64,000 bases of DNA, taken from the NCBI GenBank assembly GCA_000182565.2, contig KQ257455.1; one strand, 5' to 3'. A program made the position numbers and the translations under genes. Source of the stretch: Spizellomyces punctatus DAOM BR117. Lineage: Eukaryota. A model generated the notes under the pieces. It was not told where the DNA came from. It was given only the letters and a program-made list of their open reading frames with translations, and did no database searches. This document shows positions 24,620 to 39,413 of the stretch, piece after piece; position 1 is the first letter of the stretch, and every line of letters begins with the position of its first letter.

Positions 24620-25445
24620 TCACGTCGTTAGAGGTCCGTAGAAATATCTAGTATTAATGGCCTATTATATATGCGTACAACCTCACCAATCGCGCGACAC
24701 CTCTATCAAGTGCGTACCGCACACCCTCAAGGGGCGAGGAGGAGATCTAACTACCAGCGAAGTAGCTACGGGCTATTAAACAAATATATGTCAGCTCTTC
24801 CACTGGGTGATATGCACACGGTCTTGTTTCTCCTTGTCCTGGGTCCCAGATCGTGGAATTCACATAGTAACAGCGAAGGAGCCTGGAGAAGAGCGCATCA
24901 GACCAGATAGTGTGGGAAAAACCAGCAGCTACATCAATTGAACAATTTGCGAACAAGATAGCATAATAGCAGCTTTGTTGGCAGTTGAAGCCAGTTTGGG
25001 GTTTCACACCCAAGTGTACCTATCATTACACCGTCGAAATGAAGAGCCCATTATTCGACCATGTCTCGTGGCACCGGCTTGTATGGAAGACCAAAGCAAT
25101 CTTTGATGAGGACCATGGCGTCGTGGTAAGGTATGTACGCTTTGAAGTGGCTGTGGACTAAACTGAGTTTGGCACCGTTCGGCGCGGAGAAGTCAGCTTC
25201 GCGGCAAGTAATAAGGTACAGTCTTGTGTTTTCGCAATGAAAAGGGCCATACAATCGTCCGTTCAACATAAATAGTAAGACCGTTGCGACAGTGATCGGA
25301 CAATGGTTTGTGGCCAAGGGGGATGGTCGCCAACGATCTGCGCCTATTCAACGACAGAGTACGCGGGGACAAGTCTATTTAAATAGTGGTAATAGGGAGC
25401 GCACCTGTATTCTATTTGCTTCCGCATGGTGTTCTCAAACATTCT

Positions 25446-27657
25446 CTATGCAAAGACTACATGGGGATTTTCAAATCCTGTGCCCTTTGGGGACCTGGAA
25501 GCCCATTTCCATATTGTCCTCCCCCACACAAACCATTCCAAAAGCCACACCTTCAGACCAACGCCCCAGAAGTCCCATAAACTTCTCCAAAAACGTGGTT
25601 CCGTCCATACAGGTCTCAACTTTCCTTGTTCTATACGCTCTTTGACCATTTGACGTATCGTCTCACGTTTGATTGCGAGTGCACAATACCATCCCATTGT
25701 GGCGACGGTACGTAACATGTGGTCAGAAGCACTGCTGCCGGAAACACCAAGAGACTCATCAACAGCCCGTAGGAGGTCGTTTGTCTTCAGTAGCAGCAGT
25801 AATTCCCGAGGAAGTTTGGAAAGGATATCGGCAATGGCTAAGAAGAAGCGGCCGCTGGCGGCTTTCTGACGTATAACCTGAAACTCGTGCGTTGTTCGAG
25901 CTTGCGCAATTCCCATCCCACTTTTATTAGCATCGGAAATAACCTCCCAGCTGCGGCCAGTCAGCATGGAAGCAAAGAGGCGGTGATGGTCGATTCCGTC
26001 CTCAGAGGCTCTCTTACTTCTACTCTCCTTGTCATGGGTGAACAGGCGATAGCTGTACATCAATATTCCCGGTTCATCTCCAGCCAATATTGACGTCCAA
26101 AGATGAGCATAGTCTAAGCGGAATTCATCAGGAAGCTGACGGTAAAGGCCGTGGTCAAGAAGGACGATTTCGAAGTTGTAGGGATTGCGTGTGACTAAAG
26201 ACCCAAGGAACGGGATGCGTGATAGCCAAGGGCGGGGACGAGGTCGTACAAAGATGTTGCCAGCTGTTCGGAATAGAGAGATTAGTATACTAACCCATTG
26301 GCCCCACATCATGCAATAGACGTACGATGAGGATCGCAGTGCACAAATCCGTGCAAGAAAATCATTTCATAATAGATTCTGGATAGCTGGGCCGACACCT
26401 CTTGCGGACTTATGCCGTTTGCATTCAAATAATGAAGGTCGTCAATCTTTCCTCCGTCGGCAACTGCAATCAGAAGGGGTCAAAGTCCGGGGTACCATAT
26501 AAAGTAGGTCACGAATGCTACAAGCACCTACATTCCATTATAAGAAGCCGTCGAGCAGCCCAATACACCTTCGGTATCTTGAGAATCGCGTTACCGGCGA
26601 ATAAGGATCGAACGCGCTCTGCGTTGTTTGCTTCATGCACGAAATCCAACTCTTGTGGTAAGCTTTGTTGCATTTCTTCCGCAAGCCATTCAAACTCAAA
26701 TTCCGGAAATATCTTTTTGACGAGCCGTACAAGAAAGGCTGTTGTTGAAATATCGACGGGTGTGTACTCATCCAAGTACGGATGTTGAACTTTCACGGCA
26801 ACCTCTTCACCAGTCAACAGGCGGGCCCGATGGACTTGTGCCAGTGAAGCAACCCCAAGGGGCGTTGGGTCGAAGAAGGAAAACATTTCTGAGATTGAAT
26901 AACCGACATCGCTCTGGAACAGTGCCTCGACGTCGGAGAACGGTGTGGGAGGACAACGATCCTGAAGGGGACGCATAGTCTCTGTATACTCAGGAGGAAG
27001 TAAGAAGACCATGGCGGCGATGTGCTGGCCCTAATAAGACAAAAGACACATGACAACTATCAATTGCAACTCCGTGTCAGAAGATCGCACAATGCTACTT
27101 ACCAGCTTTATGTAGATTCCTTGATTGGTCTTGCACAGCTCCAGCATTCTATTTGCAGCCCTCTTATGACATGCGCTCTTCACCCGCTCGTACTCTTCGG
27201 CGCCAATTAGATCGGGTCCCTTTCTCAGGCTCCATTTGTAATCAATAGCAATCAGGGCGGCTGTCACGGCGGTACGATAGCTCCTAACAAGAGCAAGACG
27301 ATTATGGTTGAAGTTTGCCGGGTCGTACAGGTAGAATCCACCCACAGTGCCACCCGCGAAGGCAATGAATGTCAGTAACACTTTGCCCCTGATAGCCCGC
27401 CGTGGGTGCTGGTTCGTCGATACGAGTGAAGGAGGGATACGCCTTGCTCGCCACCATTTCCATGCACTCTTTTGGAATATAGGATTCGACGCAGTATTCA
27501 CACGAGCAGCCCGAATGTGTGCAGATGGCCTTGAATAGGGCTGTTGATATGAAAAGTTGTTGGTGAACCAAGCTGGACGTTGACGTGGTCCTATAGAGAG
27601 CGAGAAGGACCGTTCACCGAAACAACAAGCCCGCGTAATCTGTCTCACGGCGAGCAT
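25446..27657 (-). CDS. ADCK1: ABC1/UbiB-family atypical kinase, ADCK1/Mcp2-like (spliced)
   Basis: GIYIKL|GQH, LQDRCP, GVASLAQVHRA, VAVKVQHP, LPQELDF, FVHCDPH, LLDHGLY, LLLKTNDLLR. Confidence 0.9.
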
Positions 27658-27975
27658 AGCTGCTTGTCAGTTGAGCCCCGCTGTACGCTTCTCCTACTTG
27701 ACAATCTGCCAGATGAGATCTTTCTGTCCAATTCCAATTCCGCCGATCTGCACCGCAGTCCAGTGTGATTGCAACCAGGTTCCAGTGATTTGAGTCATCC
27801 TACGTGGTCGGAGATGATCAACCGACTCGTTTGTGCTCTGTTCAAGTCAACAAGGCGACGTACACGGGCAAGCTGCAAGAGAGGTCAGGGAACGGAAGCC
27901 AAGCGGAGGTGCGAAAGGCGGCAGTTAGCGCTTGAACGAAAGGAAGGTTCTCGAGGGCCAGTGAAAACGCTCGAC

Positions 27976-29568
27976 ATGGCTGGCCGGGCTTCGACCTCCT
28001 CCCTCGAGTCTAACCTTACGCAGGTTGAACACACTTTTGGGACAGAAACTGACCACCGCTCAGGCTACTTTCAACCCCTCATCACTCTTCTCTCCCCTAA
28101 CGCGGATGACGCTGAACGTTATGCCCACCTAAACAGTCTTGCGAGAAATAATGCTGTTACTATCGCCGCCACTTGCGCGGCGGTGACTAGCGTTGTGTGC
28201 GGGTTTCCTGTAAGTCTGGTCAAGTCTATTGGCGCCTTGAGACCATCAATTGCAACTGCAAGGAAATATTGTCATAAACACTTACACCAGGACATTCTTC
28301 AATCGCTAGTTTGATTCCATCAAAACTCGTATGCAAGCATTCCGCTTCCCTTCGACGCTTGCTTGTGTGAAGACCACATACAACAATGAAGGAATAGCAG
28401 GATTTTTTCGTGGGGTTGTACCGGTTGCAGCTTCCATCTCAGTATTACGGTCCTTGTCGTTCTCTCTGTATAATAGTGGTAAACGCGAAGTACGCGCTCT
28501 TCTGCCGGATGATACGAGCCCGCTCAGCGCGCTTATGGTGTCCAGTTCCGCGTCGGGGGCTTTTGCCGGAAGTGTAGTGGCCACTTTGAATGCTCCAATC
28601 GACTTTATAAAGGTTCGTTCGATGTGATTGCTGTGCGCAACATACACAGCCGCAACCTAATGGGAACTGCATAGCTTCAAAAGCAGCTGGAACGAATCGT
28701 AGCTACTAGTAAGCCTCACATTTCACCTGAAATGGTGGAAGAGGCGGTAGCTTCGTCGCCCACGGCAGCAGCCGGCTTAGGCGAAGGCGCATCAGCAGCA
28801 GCGGCGGCGGCGGCGGCACAGGCGGTCGAGGCATCGCGGGAAACCTCAAGGGGACCCACACCCCATTCGTCACACAGTACCTCTACAGCTGCAACCCCGT
28901 CTTTGTCGCGCTCGCCACCAATACCTAGGACTGGCGTGCCGCTGGCGATGGTACCCACTTCTGCAAAGGAGTTCAAGACAATGTCCACTTTGGAATGGGC
29001 CAAGCGTATCGTTGAGCTCAAAGGTCCTACCGGTCTTTACTCAGGGTACGCACGATTTAGGAGAGCGCGAGATGTGTGACATATAAGCTGATCCCTTCAC
29101 ATTAGCTATTCGATGCACCTCCTGCGGGATGCCATTGGAACCGCGATGTATTTTTGCGGATACGAAACTTGCAAGTACCTCCTTACCTCTGAAGGCCATC
29201 AAGCTGGCCCACTCACGCATATGATGGCTGGTGGGCTCGCTGGAAGCCTATCATGGATTGTCCTGTTCCCGATCGATATGTAAGTAGTATTTGATTTGCA
29301 ATAACCCACTTGGAATATGCAAGCGTGACCGTACTCGAACAACTCTAGCACGAAGTCCGTTTTGCAGCGAGAAGCATTGAATCAGAGCCCAAAATACGTG
29401 CACGCTCTACATTTTGTGCAGACACGTTGGGCAAAGCGCGGTTTGAGAGGGTTTTATAATGGAATTGGCCCACAACTGATACGAAGTTTCCCTGTGCACG
29501 CAATCAACTTTCTTGTATATGAACAGGTACTTCAATGGTGTAAGGGTCTAGGAGACAGATGTATTTAA
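27976..29568 (+). CDS. Mitochondrial carrier (SLC25; carnitine/basic amino-acid carrier-like; spliced)
   Basis: Three Px[DE]xx[KR] signatures (PFDSIKTRMQ, PIDFIK, PIDITKSVLQ); GFFRG, GLYSG, GFYNG; RSFPVHAINF. Confidence 0.88.
28795..28818 (+). repeat. GCN trinucleotide run encoding 8 Ala within the carrier insertion
   Basis: GCA GCA (GCG)x5 GCA read directly. Confidence 0.9.
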
Positions 29569-30175
29569 GCATAATGGGTTAGATCGGCTAGTGTATATAG
29601 GTTCGGGGTTGGGCCTCATCTAAACCGCCATATATTTATTTGTTAAAAGCAGAGATAATTTCAAATTGATAAGGAATAAAATCGGTTCTAGCTCTTAGCA
29701 ACCTTATCCAGGTCTCCATAATCTTGCGACGAGGTTTCTTGTATCGGCCCCTGAACCTCATGCTTTCAGGAAGGGACGTGTCGACAAGCAGAGGGGCAAA
29801 GATGGAAACCATAAGGTGATTCGTACGGTCCAGTATTGATGGTCGTTTTGGAGCGATGAAAAGCCATGAAAGTCATGAGGAAAAGCAACGGACAGGATAC
29901 CCCGTATACAGGATGCATGCACATTGCATGTGAAAGCGACAATCGTAGATATGACTGGTGTGATGATAGAATGCCTGCTTGATGGATCTTTTCCCGTCCT
30001 TTGCTTAGGAGGTTCACATATCTCTTGTGCTCCTCGGGCATATTCAAGTGGTCTTTTTCATATCTCTCTCGTTTCTCGAAAATTAAGCACTGGACTTGTA
30101 ACAATGGCTTAATACCTCATCATCATAGTACAGTTCTTCCTTTGGACACTATAAGATTACGATTATAAACAAACA

Positions 30176-30574
30176 ACGCGTGGACATAATTAGTTCGCGT
30201 GTCCGCGTCAAATGGGGACGATGACGCGAGAGCTGTGCGTTCTTATTGACGGCAGCGCGGTTCGATTTAATCATAACCCTCCTGCGGTAGCCTGATTACG
30301 TGCGCGGGATGCATTTGTATCCAATTTAAAAGAGAGAAAAGCACACAGTCCTCCACGGTTTTAGAAAGACCACTGCTCTCGCCTCTGCCCCAATCTCTTT
30401 GATAGTGCTCCCATTTTCCCTTCTTGTTGGCAAAGGATCGACAGTCCCGCGCTGGACAGGAACGGAGGCCAGAACTTACCGCGGTGGGTAACTTCCAGAG
30501 AAATGTTCAGTCTGAGTCCATCACGTGATTGCTGACTCAGCGATCGCGAACTACCAATTCTCGACATCCGCGAA
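30176..30574. promoter_or_regulatory. Cluster of CGCG-core (MCB/E2F-like) motifs plus TCACGTGA upstream of orphan gene
   Basis: ACGCGT 30176, TTCGCGTG ~30194, CCGCGT 30203, ACGCGA 30224, GCGCGG ~30255 and 30302, CGCG ~30448, TCGCGAA 30544, CGCGAA 30569; TCACGTGA 30521. Confidence 0.45.
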
Positions 30575-30626
30575 GACAAACTTCCAGCGACTCAGTGGCA
30601 TCTATATATCCATCCCCCTTCAATAA

Positions 30627-33600
30627 ATGCTTGAATCGTCCTACAAAGAACTGGACCATTTTCTGGACTTGGTGGATTCGTTTGATATAGCAGATGTAGA
30701 TGAGCGTCTGAACCTCAGCGAAGCGCTTCGGCAAAGGTTGCCTTCGACTCGAAACAAGCCATTTTTGCAATGCAGTATTGTTGATAACTAACAAATCATC
30801 GGGGGCACTTCTCAAAGAGCCCAGTTGCCAGTTATCAAGCGATATGCCTTGGTGCAGAGGGACTTGGATGTTCTCGATATCCTAGTGCCGTTCCTCCGGG
30901 TGCGATCCATGCCCACAACTCGAGGCTGTGGATTTCACGAGTACGAGGCAAAGGCAGGCATGCTTCAATTAGATTTGAAAAGTTATCTTGACGGTTTCTC
31001 AGTATTTCGACCTTATCATTGTTATAGATCGTCAGTAACCTGCTGCAATTGTTCCTCGCACTGGCAGGCGTAAGTATAGGAGACTGCAATGCTACCAGTA
31101 TGGAAGGAGAAGAGCATAATGATGAAGCTGTGGATAAGTTTGCCAAAGTGCGTTTGTGTTGCGCCCTGCTCCTGCTACATGCAGAACTTACCTACTGAAG
31201 CTACAGCGCAACATTGCCATTCTCTTCCATCACCAAGTTTCCTTCCCGACCCGCATCCTCACGTTACTGTATGAAGTCCACCTCACCTCCGATGCGTCTA
31301 CCGTACACCTTCAGGAGCGTTACAATATATTCTCAATGGGATTAGATCTCCTACTCGCAACGTTTACAAACAACTCTACATCTATGAGAACGCAATTCGA
31401 AGATTTTGAATGCGATGAGTGGTAAGGGACACCGTACTGCTGCAGTAAGGATAGTTATTCTCTTCAGCTTACAAACACTAGTACTGCGGAAGACATACTG
31501 GGCAGCATCTTATGGGAGCGCGCTCGCGAGCTAATCCATACCAGCGGTGCAAATGGTACCCCTTGTCGAATGATGGCGCTTGTGCTTTTCAAACTAATTC
31601 AAGTCTACGAGTTAGTTTGTGCAAGGTATTCATTTAATGCAAATTTAATGGAACTGGATTTGTAGTGCCTGGTTTGACCCATCTGATGTTCAGGACGACT
31701 GCCCATCCTGTCTTATCTGTAACGTTGTCATATCTGTTGCGATGTTGTGCACCGAATAAAATGCAGGATCGTGGTTTGTCTGCGTGCAGAGTGGTGGCTC
31801 TGGTGGACGCTGGAACAAAAGATTTGCGGCGGCTACCTGTAAATCGACTGCTTGTGATGCGCATGGCAGACAAACTGGGTCCCTGGGGAGATGTTATATC
31901 AGGAGTGGTCGAGATTGCACGAAGATGGTAGGCATAGTCCGTTAACGATTTATATGAAAGCATCGTATTAACATGGATGTGTATAGGGATCGTCTTCCCG
32001 GTCAACCATCTGATCAAATGTGTTCAGTATCTCTTGATCTTCTAAAGCTTCTGATAAGCTTGCGAAGCGTGGTACGTTAAGTTTTGGGTGTCACCACGGC
32101 GGGCGTCTAATTCATTTGCTGCATCGCAGTATGTTACGATATTTCGCATGTCGAACGATAGTGTATCGCCTGCAACCGATTCCCCAGGCATCTACTTTGC
32201 GATCCCGCCACACTTAAAACCGCTCATTCTGCAGATGGAGTCCTATTTGACCAGCTTTTTCATCACTCGAGTCCGCTGGGTTATCTGTGAACTCGCCCAT
32301 ATATGCCTTGCGTGTATTCGAACGGATTGTGAACAGAGTGCTGTCGAATGGGTGATCAAAGATCTGGAGGACCTGGGAGGTGGTCGAGACAATAAGGCAA
32401 ACCTTGAGCTGAACACCGTGGAAGAGATGTACGCGTTTTTCACGTTCGGAATGGCCGTGCTGAGCAAGTTCTGTGTCGTTACGACAGCGGAGAAGCATAT
32501 ACCACGAGAACTATGTTCAACGGTTTTATCCACCACGAATCAAAAAGAGGCCTTCTCTGCTCCGAATCAGTTGGCTACAAGAAGCATGATCTTAATGTCC
32601 ACGATCGTCAAGATAGGAGACTTATGCAATCGTCCGGCCGAAGCAAACGACAAATTGGAAGCGGGCAACGCTGTTAACAATAGTTCATATCGAATGTTGT
32701 TCCGTAGCGTGTCACAACTTTGTCAAGTTATCTTGAGACGGTGTTTTAGAGACCCACGCCGGTGGCCCTCGATTCCTTGTTTACTCGACTTAGGGTTAGG
32801 GTTAGATTCTGTCTCTTCCGGACATACGTCGATCTCTTCACTCAGAGAACAACAACACAGAAAGTCAATAACATCACACCCTCCCATGTCATCAAAGGTA
32901 TACCTACCACCAATCTCGACACCACTCTCCCAAACACTCTCTACATCCCCGCGCAGCTCATGCACGCAATCAGAAACTGCTTCCCCACCGGCAGAACTCA
33001 CACATCAGCCGACGTGCTACTCAGCAACCATCACTGAAATTCTGACCAGCATGGCTGATATGCTCCGCTCATTCCGATCGCGAACAACAGAAGGCAGACC
33101 CCGCCGCCGACCGCGATCCGCCTTAGACCAATCCTCTTCGGCAAGTGCAGTCCAAGTAGAAGATTTGTCAAAAGGTAAATCCAAAAGCGCTTGCAAAGGT
33201 ACAGACAAGGGCGGCCGAAAGATTGGAGAATCTGCGAACAATCTGAGTATGTGGGATGCTGATATTGCGAGTTTCCTCAAGCATGGTATTGTTGACGATT
33301 CGCATTTGGTTTGTTCGATTATGACTCCATGCAGCATTTGACGCAGAATGATGAATCTCTAGACCTTGCGACACTCATCACCGCTCTACAAACAGATTTG
33401 CTTCGTCCCCATGAAAATTCAAAGACCGGTTTATTAGCTTCACACGTAATTAGAGAACATCTCCATATCTTAACCGACTACATGGTTCCAGAAGACATAC
33501 CATTCCCCGCAGTGCCCGGTTCTCGGATATCAACTGCAGCTCCAGATCCCAGCATTGCCAGCAAACCACGTCGGCTGGATCCTCTTACGCTAGCGAAATC

Positions 33601-33727
33601 AGAGGCAGTAGAGATCAAGTACGGCCAGGTGACACTTGCCACTCCTACACCACCGGCCACGCCCCCTACATTTGGGGGCAGGAAGCTTATATTACCTCCT
33701 AGATTACCCGTTGGAAATGCAATGTAA
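30627..33727 (+). CDS. Large hypothetical protein: helical N-terminal part, Ser/Pro-rich C-terminal part (spliced; boundaries uncertain)
   Basis: Plausible first exon MLESSYKELDHFLDLVDSF at 30627; succession of plus-strand exons with splice signals; 417-aa open stretch at 32088-33341; no family recognised. Confidence 0.55.
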
Positions 33728-34055
33728 ATAATTATAATAGAGGTCACCGTTAAAACAGATACAATGTCTGGCTAGCTGTAGTTCACATCGAGAACTGTTG
33801 CCTGAGGTGACCGAAAGACTGTGAATCGTAGGGTTTAAAAGCCTCGCGGTCTTCATACGAGTAGTAGGATACATTAAAAACTCATCTACATATAGTCTAC
33901 TATACAAGGAAGAGGGCCTGAATAGAGTACACAAGCCAGCATGTGTGCGTATCAATACCAAATTAATGCCATGTCCGATCATCGATACCTTGAAACATAA
34001 CAGGAAACGCCGCAAACAGATAAATTAAAGAAACTGAGAATAATCCCCGCTGAAA

Positions 34056-36402
<2,347 letters not shown>

Positions 36403-37205
36403 TTAGTGTGCAGGTGGTAGAAAATGTCACTAGGGACAAATTCTCCCTCCAACCCACTACAGCCGGTTCTAATTTACAATTAGCCAGCCTGTCCAACCCT
36501 TCATAACCTATCCTGCAAACGAGTCCCACCCCTCTCCTAACTCGCTACAGGTTCCAGCCTGGGTTGAACTGGGGTACGTGCAAACTACCACTAGGCCCAA
36601 TTACACATGCGATAACGGTTGGTCAACCGGGTAACTAAGCCCACCACCACGAGAGAAATCCTACTAAGCCCTTGATTCCGAAATTCTTTAGTCGGAGGAT
36701 GTTCAGATACTAGTAAAATCAGAATAATTAGACTGGATAATCCGCATGGGAAAATACAAAGATAATGCATATCTGCGATCGTAGCAATATAGTAGTAGCA
36801 GCGTTTGCAAGGGGTTATGTTGTTGTTGTAGTCGGGTGGGCGAGGTCCTCAGCACCACCACATCTGTATTCTCATGATTCGACCGACAGTCGTGATGAGA
36901 AGAGTTGCACAGATGCTTGTGAGTCGAGGATGGGTAAAGAGGAAAGGGGAAAGAGACAGAAGGTCCCCCTTTTATAACCATTTGGCATGCGCCTCACCGC
37001 AGTTTAAAAAAAAAACATTACATGCATGCCATTTGAGCGATAGATGGGGGTGCTGATTATTCGATATGATTAACCAGAATAATCCAGATAATAATGAGTT
37101 CTAGTGCCATTTTCAATCACCTCCACACTAAATTCCGACCTCTGACACGTGATCTTGTCCCACGAAAGAATAGTGCATCGTTGGCTGCCATGTACCTCCT
37201 ACACA

Positions 37206-39330
37206 ATGCTCAACTGCACAGGTATGGTCTTGATTTTTTGAATGGGCCTTGTGACTCCCTTTAAAAAAGGGCAAGCTCAACTTTATACTTGTGTTGCTCT
37301 CGTAGATATGGATACCGCTATAAGCACACAACAAGCCCTCCGCGAACAGCATCTTGTCGGAAAGCAGGTGAAAGGGGCCAAACATCTCCTAGAAGTAGAA
37401 GAAACCTCTGAGCGCGGAAGAGGGATTTTTGCAAGAGAAAACCTATCCGCGGGTATGAAAAACGTCGCGATCGGAGTCTAGAAAGATATAGTTGACGAAC
37501 TAAACGATCAGGGACGACGCTACTGGAGGAGCGGGCTTATGCCACTGTTGTGGATGACAAACATCTCCAATCGCACTGCAGTTTGTGCTTTAGTCCGAAC
37601 GCGCGGTTTCGATGTTCAAAGTGTACCCTATTACATTACTGTTCTCAGGTATTTGGTCCAACCCCTCAGCCTCCGCACTAATAACTGACTCAGCGAACCA
37701 TGGCAGACGTGCCAGCGGAAAGACTGGACACTGCATCGAAGTGAATGCGCTTGCTTCCGAAGAATTGCGCCCCGAAGACCCCCAACTGCTATACGCGCAC
37801 TCTGTCGGTTGTTGTGGGTGAGGCAAAAATACCCCAATTCTGTGAGTTTCTGGAGCAATGTTCGGGTGCATTCAAAGTGCTAACAGCTGTTGAAAGTTTG
37901 ATGCCATAAATGCATTACAGTCACGTAAGTGTGCTCATTATCCAATACAGTCGAGGCATGTTCCTCAAAGATGGTTCAAAGACAGCTTAGATTACTCCAA
38001 AGAGAAGCTGGAGACTTTTGCCCAAATGGCCGCTCTAATTCGGACAATAATAGGAGAAGAATCTTGTTTGCCACCCAGCGAAATGATCGATCTGCTGTGT
38101 CGGGTAAGGATTGTGTTCATTAGCATCAATGTGCAGCTTTGCATCTCTATGCAGCCCACAAACGAAGATCTCTATTTCTCAATCACTGCTCCCAACTAAT
38201 CAACATCTACCGCAGTTCAGCTGCAACAGTATCTCGGTGTCAGACGGGGAACTAGTCAACATTGGGGTTGGGGTTTTCCCAGTTCTGTCGCTTGTCAACC
38301 ACTCCTGTTCCCCCAATGCCGCCATCATTTTTAACGGCGAAAGGGCCACATTGCGAGCTATTAAAAACATTCAAGTTGATGAGGAGGTATGCAAAGAAGC
38401 AAGTGAAGTATTGAGAGTGTCCGGCTTGACCTGATGGACTGCTGAAGATCTGCCAAAGTTACATGGAAATTGCTGAGCCACGATACGTGCGCCGAAAAGA
38501 GCTGAAAGAGACCTATTTTTTCGATTGTCGCTGCCCTCTGTGTCTGCGATATGACCAGGTAAGGGTAAATGCCGTGCTGTGCGGTGCATCACCTCTGATG
38601 CTGACCTGTGCATGCAAAAGACAGCGGACCCTCGAACAACCTATAATTGTGTAAGCTCCGGTTGTGCCGGATTCATCGATTTACCTGGTCAGTGTTTACA
38701 TCTATGCTACCTTCGCTTACTTCAAGTAATTGCTAATACGAATACTGCCTTTAGATCAATTGGAGAATGCCACATGCTCGGTACACGGTCGTCTCTCCGC
38801 TGACCTTGAGGCAAAGCTCACCGATGAGGTCACCAAAGCATTCCGTCTTTACCGGAAAGCCGCAGAGGAGTCAGGTATTTCTGCTGGACTTAGTATCCCT
38901 GCATACCTTATTGAGCGTTTTCTTAGACCCGGATCGCGCCCTCTCAACCGGTCTGGCTTGTTTGAGACTTCAATCAAAACTAATGCATCCGGCGAACTCG
39001 GAGATGATTCGCACGCGTCGCCTGGTTCTTGATCTCCTGTTGTCCCGCCAGAGATGGGAAGAGGCTTACAAAGTGTCTCATGACCTATTGGATGCCTATC
39101 AAGCGCTTTACGAGCAACACCATCCTTCTATTTCTGTTCAGGCGTACATGACATATAAGCTGGCGGAGTGGTGTCATGGCGACGATATACAATTGCTATG
39201 TGCGAAGATTAGCGAAGCAGTGCAACTATTACTAGTGTCGCATGGTGATGGGCAAGCCCTAACTAAGGAGGCGAAACAGGCATCGGAGAATTGTATCATT
39301 CGTCGTGGTTCTTTGAATACATTTGGGTGA
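37206..39330 (+). CDS. SET and MYND domain lysine methyltransferase (SMYD-like; spliced; ATG at 37206 or 37308)
   Basis: RGRGIFA, MYND CSLC...RCSKC...YCS...CQRKDW...HRSEC, LVNHSCSPNA, YFFDCRCPLC, helical TPR-like C-terminus. Confidence 0.88.
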
Positions 39331-39413
39331 TCGTGGGCGTTACACCGTCGTGATTACGTAAACCAATACACACAAGTTTGGGCGGCAGGTCTCTCGCGAT
39401 ACCCCTGCAGACG

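Noticed and set aside
25051-25317. 88-aa minus-strand ORF downstream of ADCK1
   Set aside because: TTG start, no recognisable motif, no convincing upstream exon in frame.
36550-36612. tRNA-Gln-like stretch on the minus strand (GTTCAACCC...TGGAACCT) upstream of the GluRS gene
   Set aside because: Too short; T-stem and acceptor stem do not pair; no cloverleaf. tRNAscan-SE would settle it.
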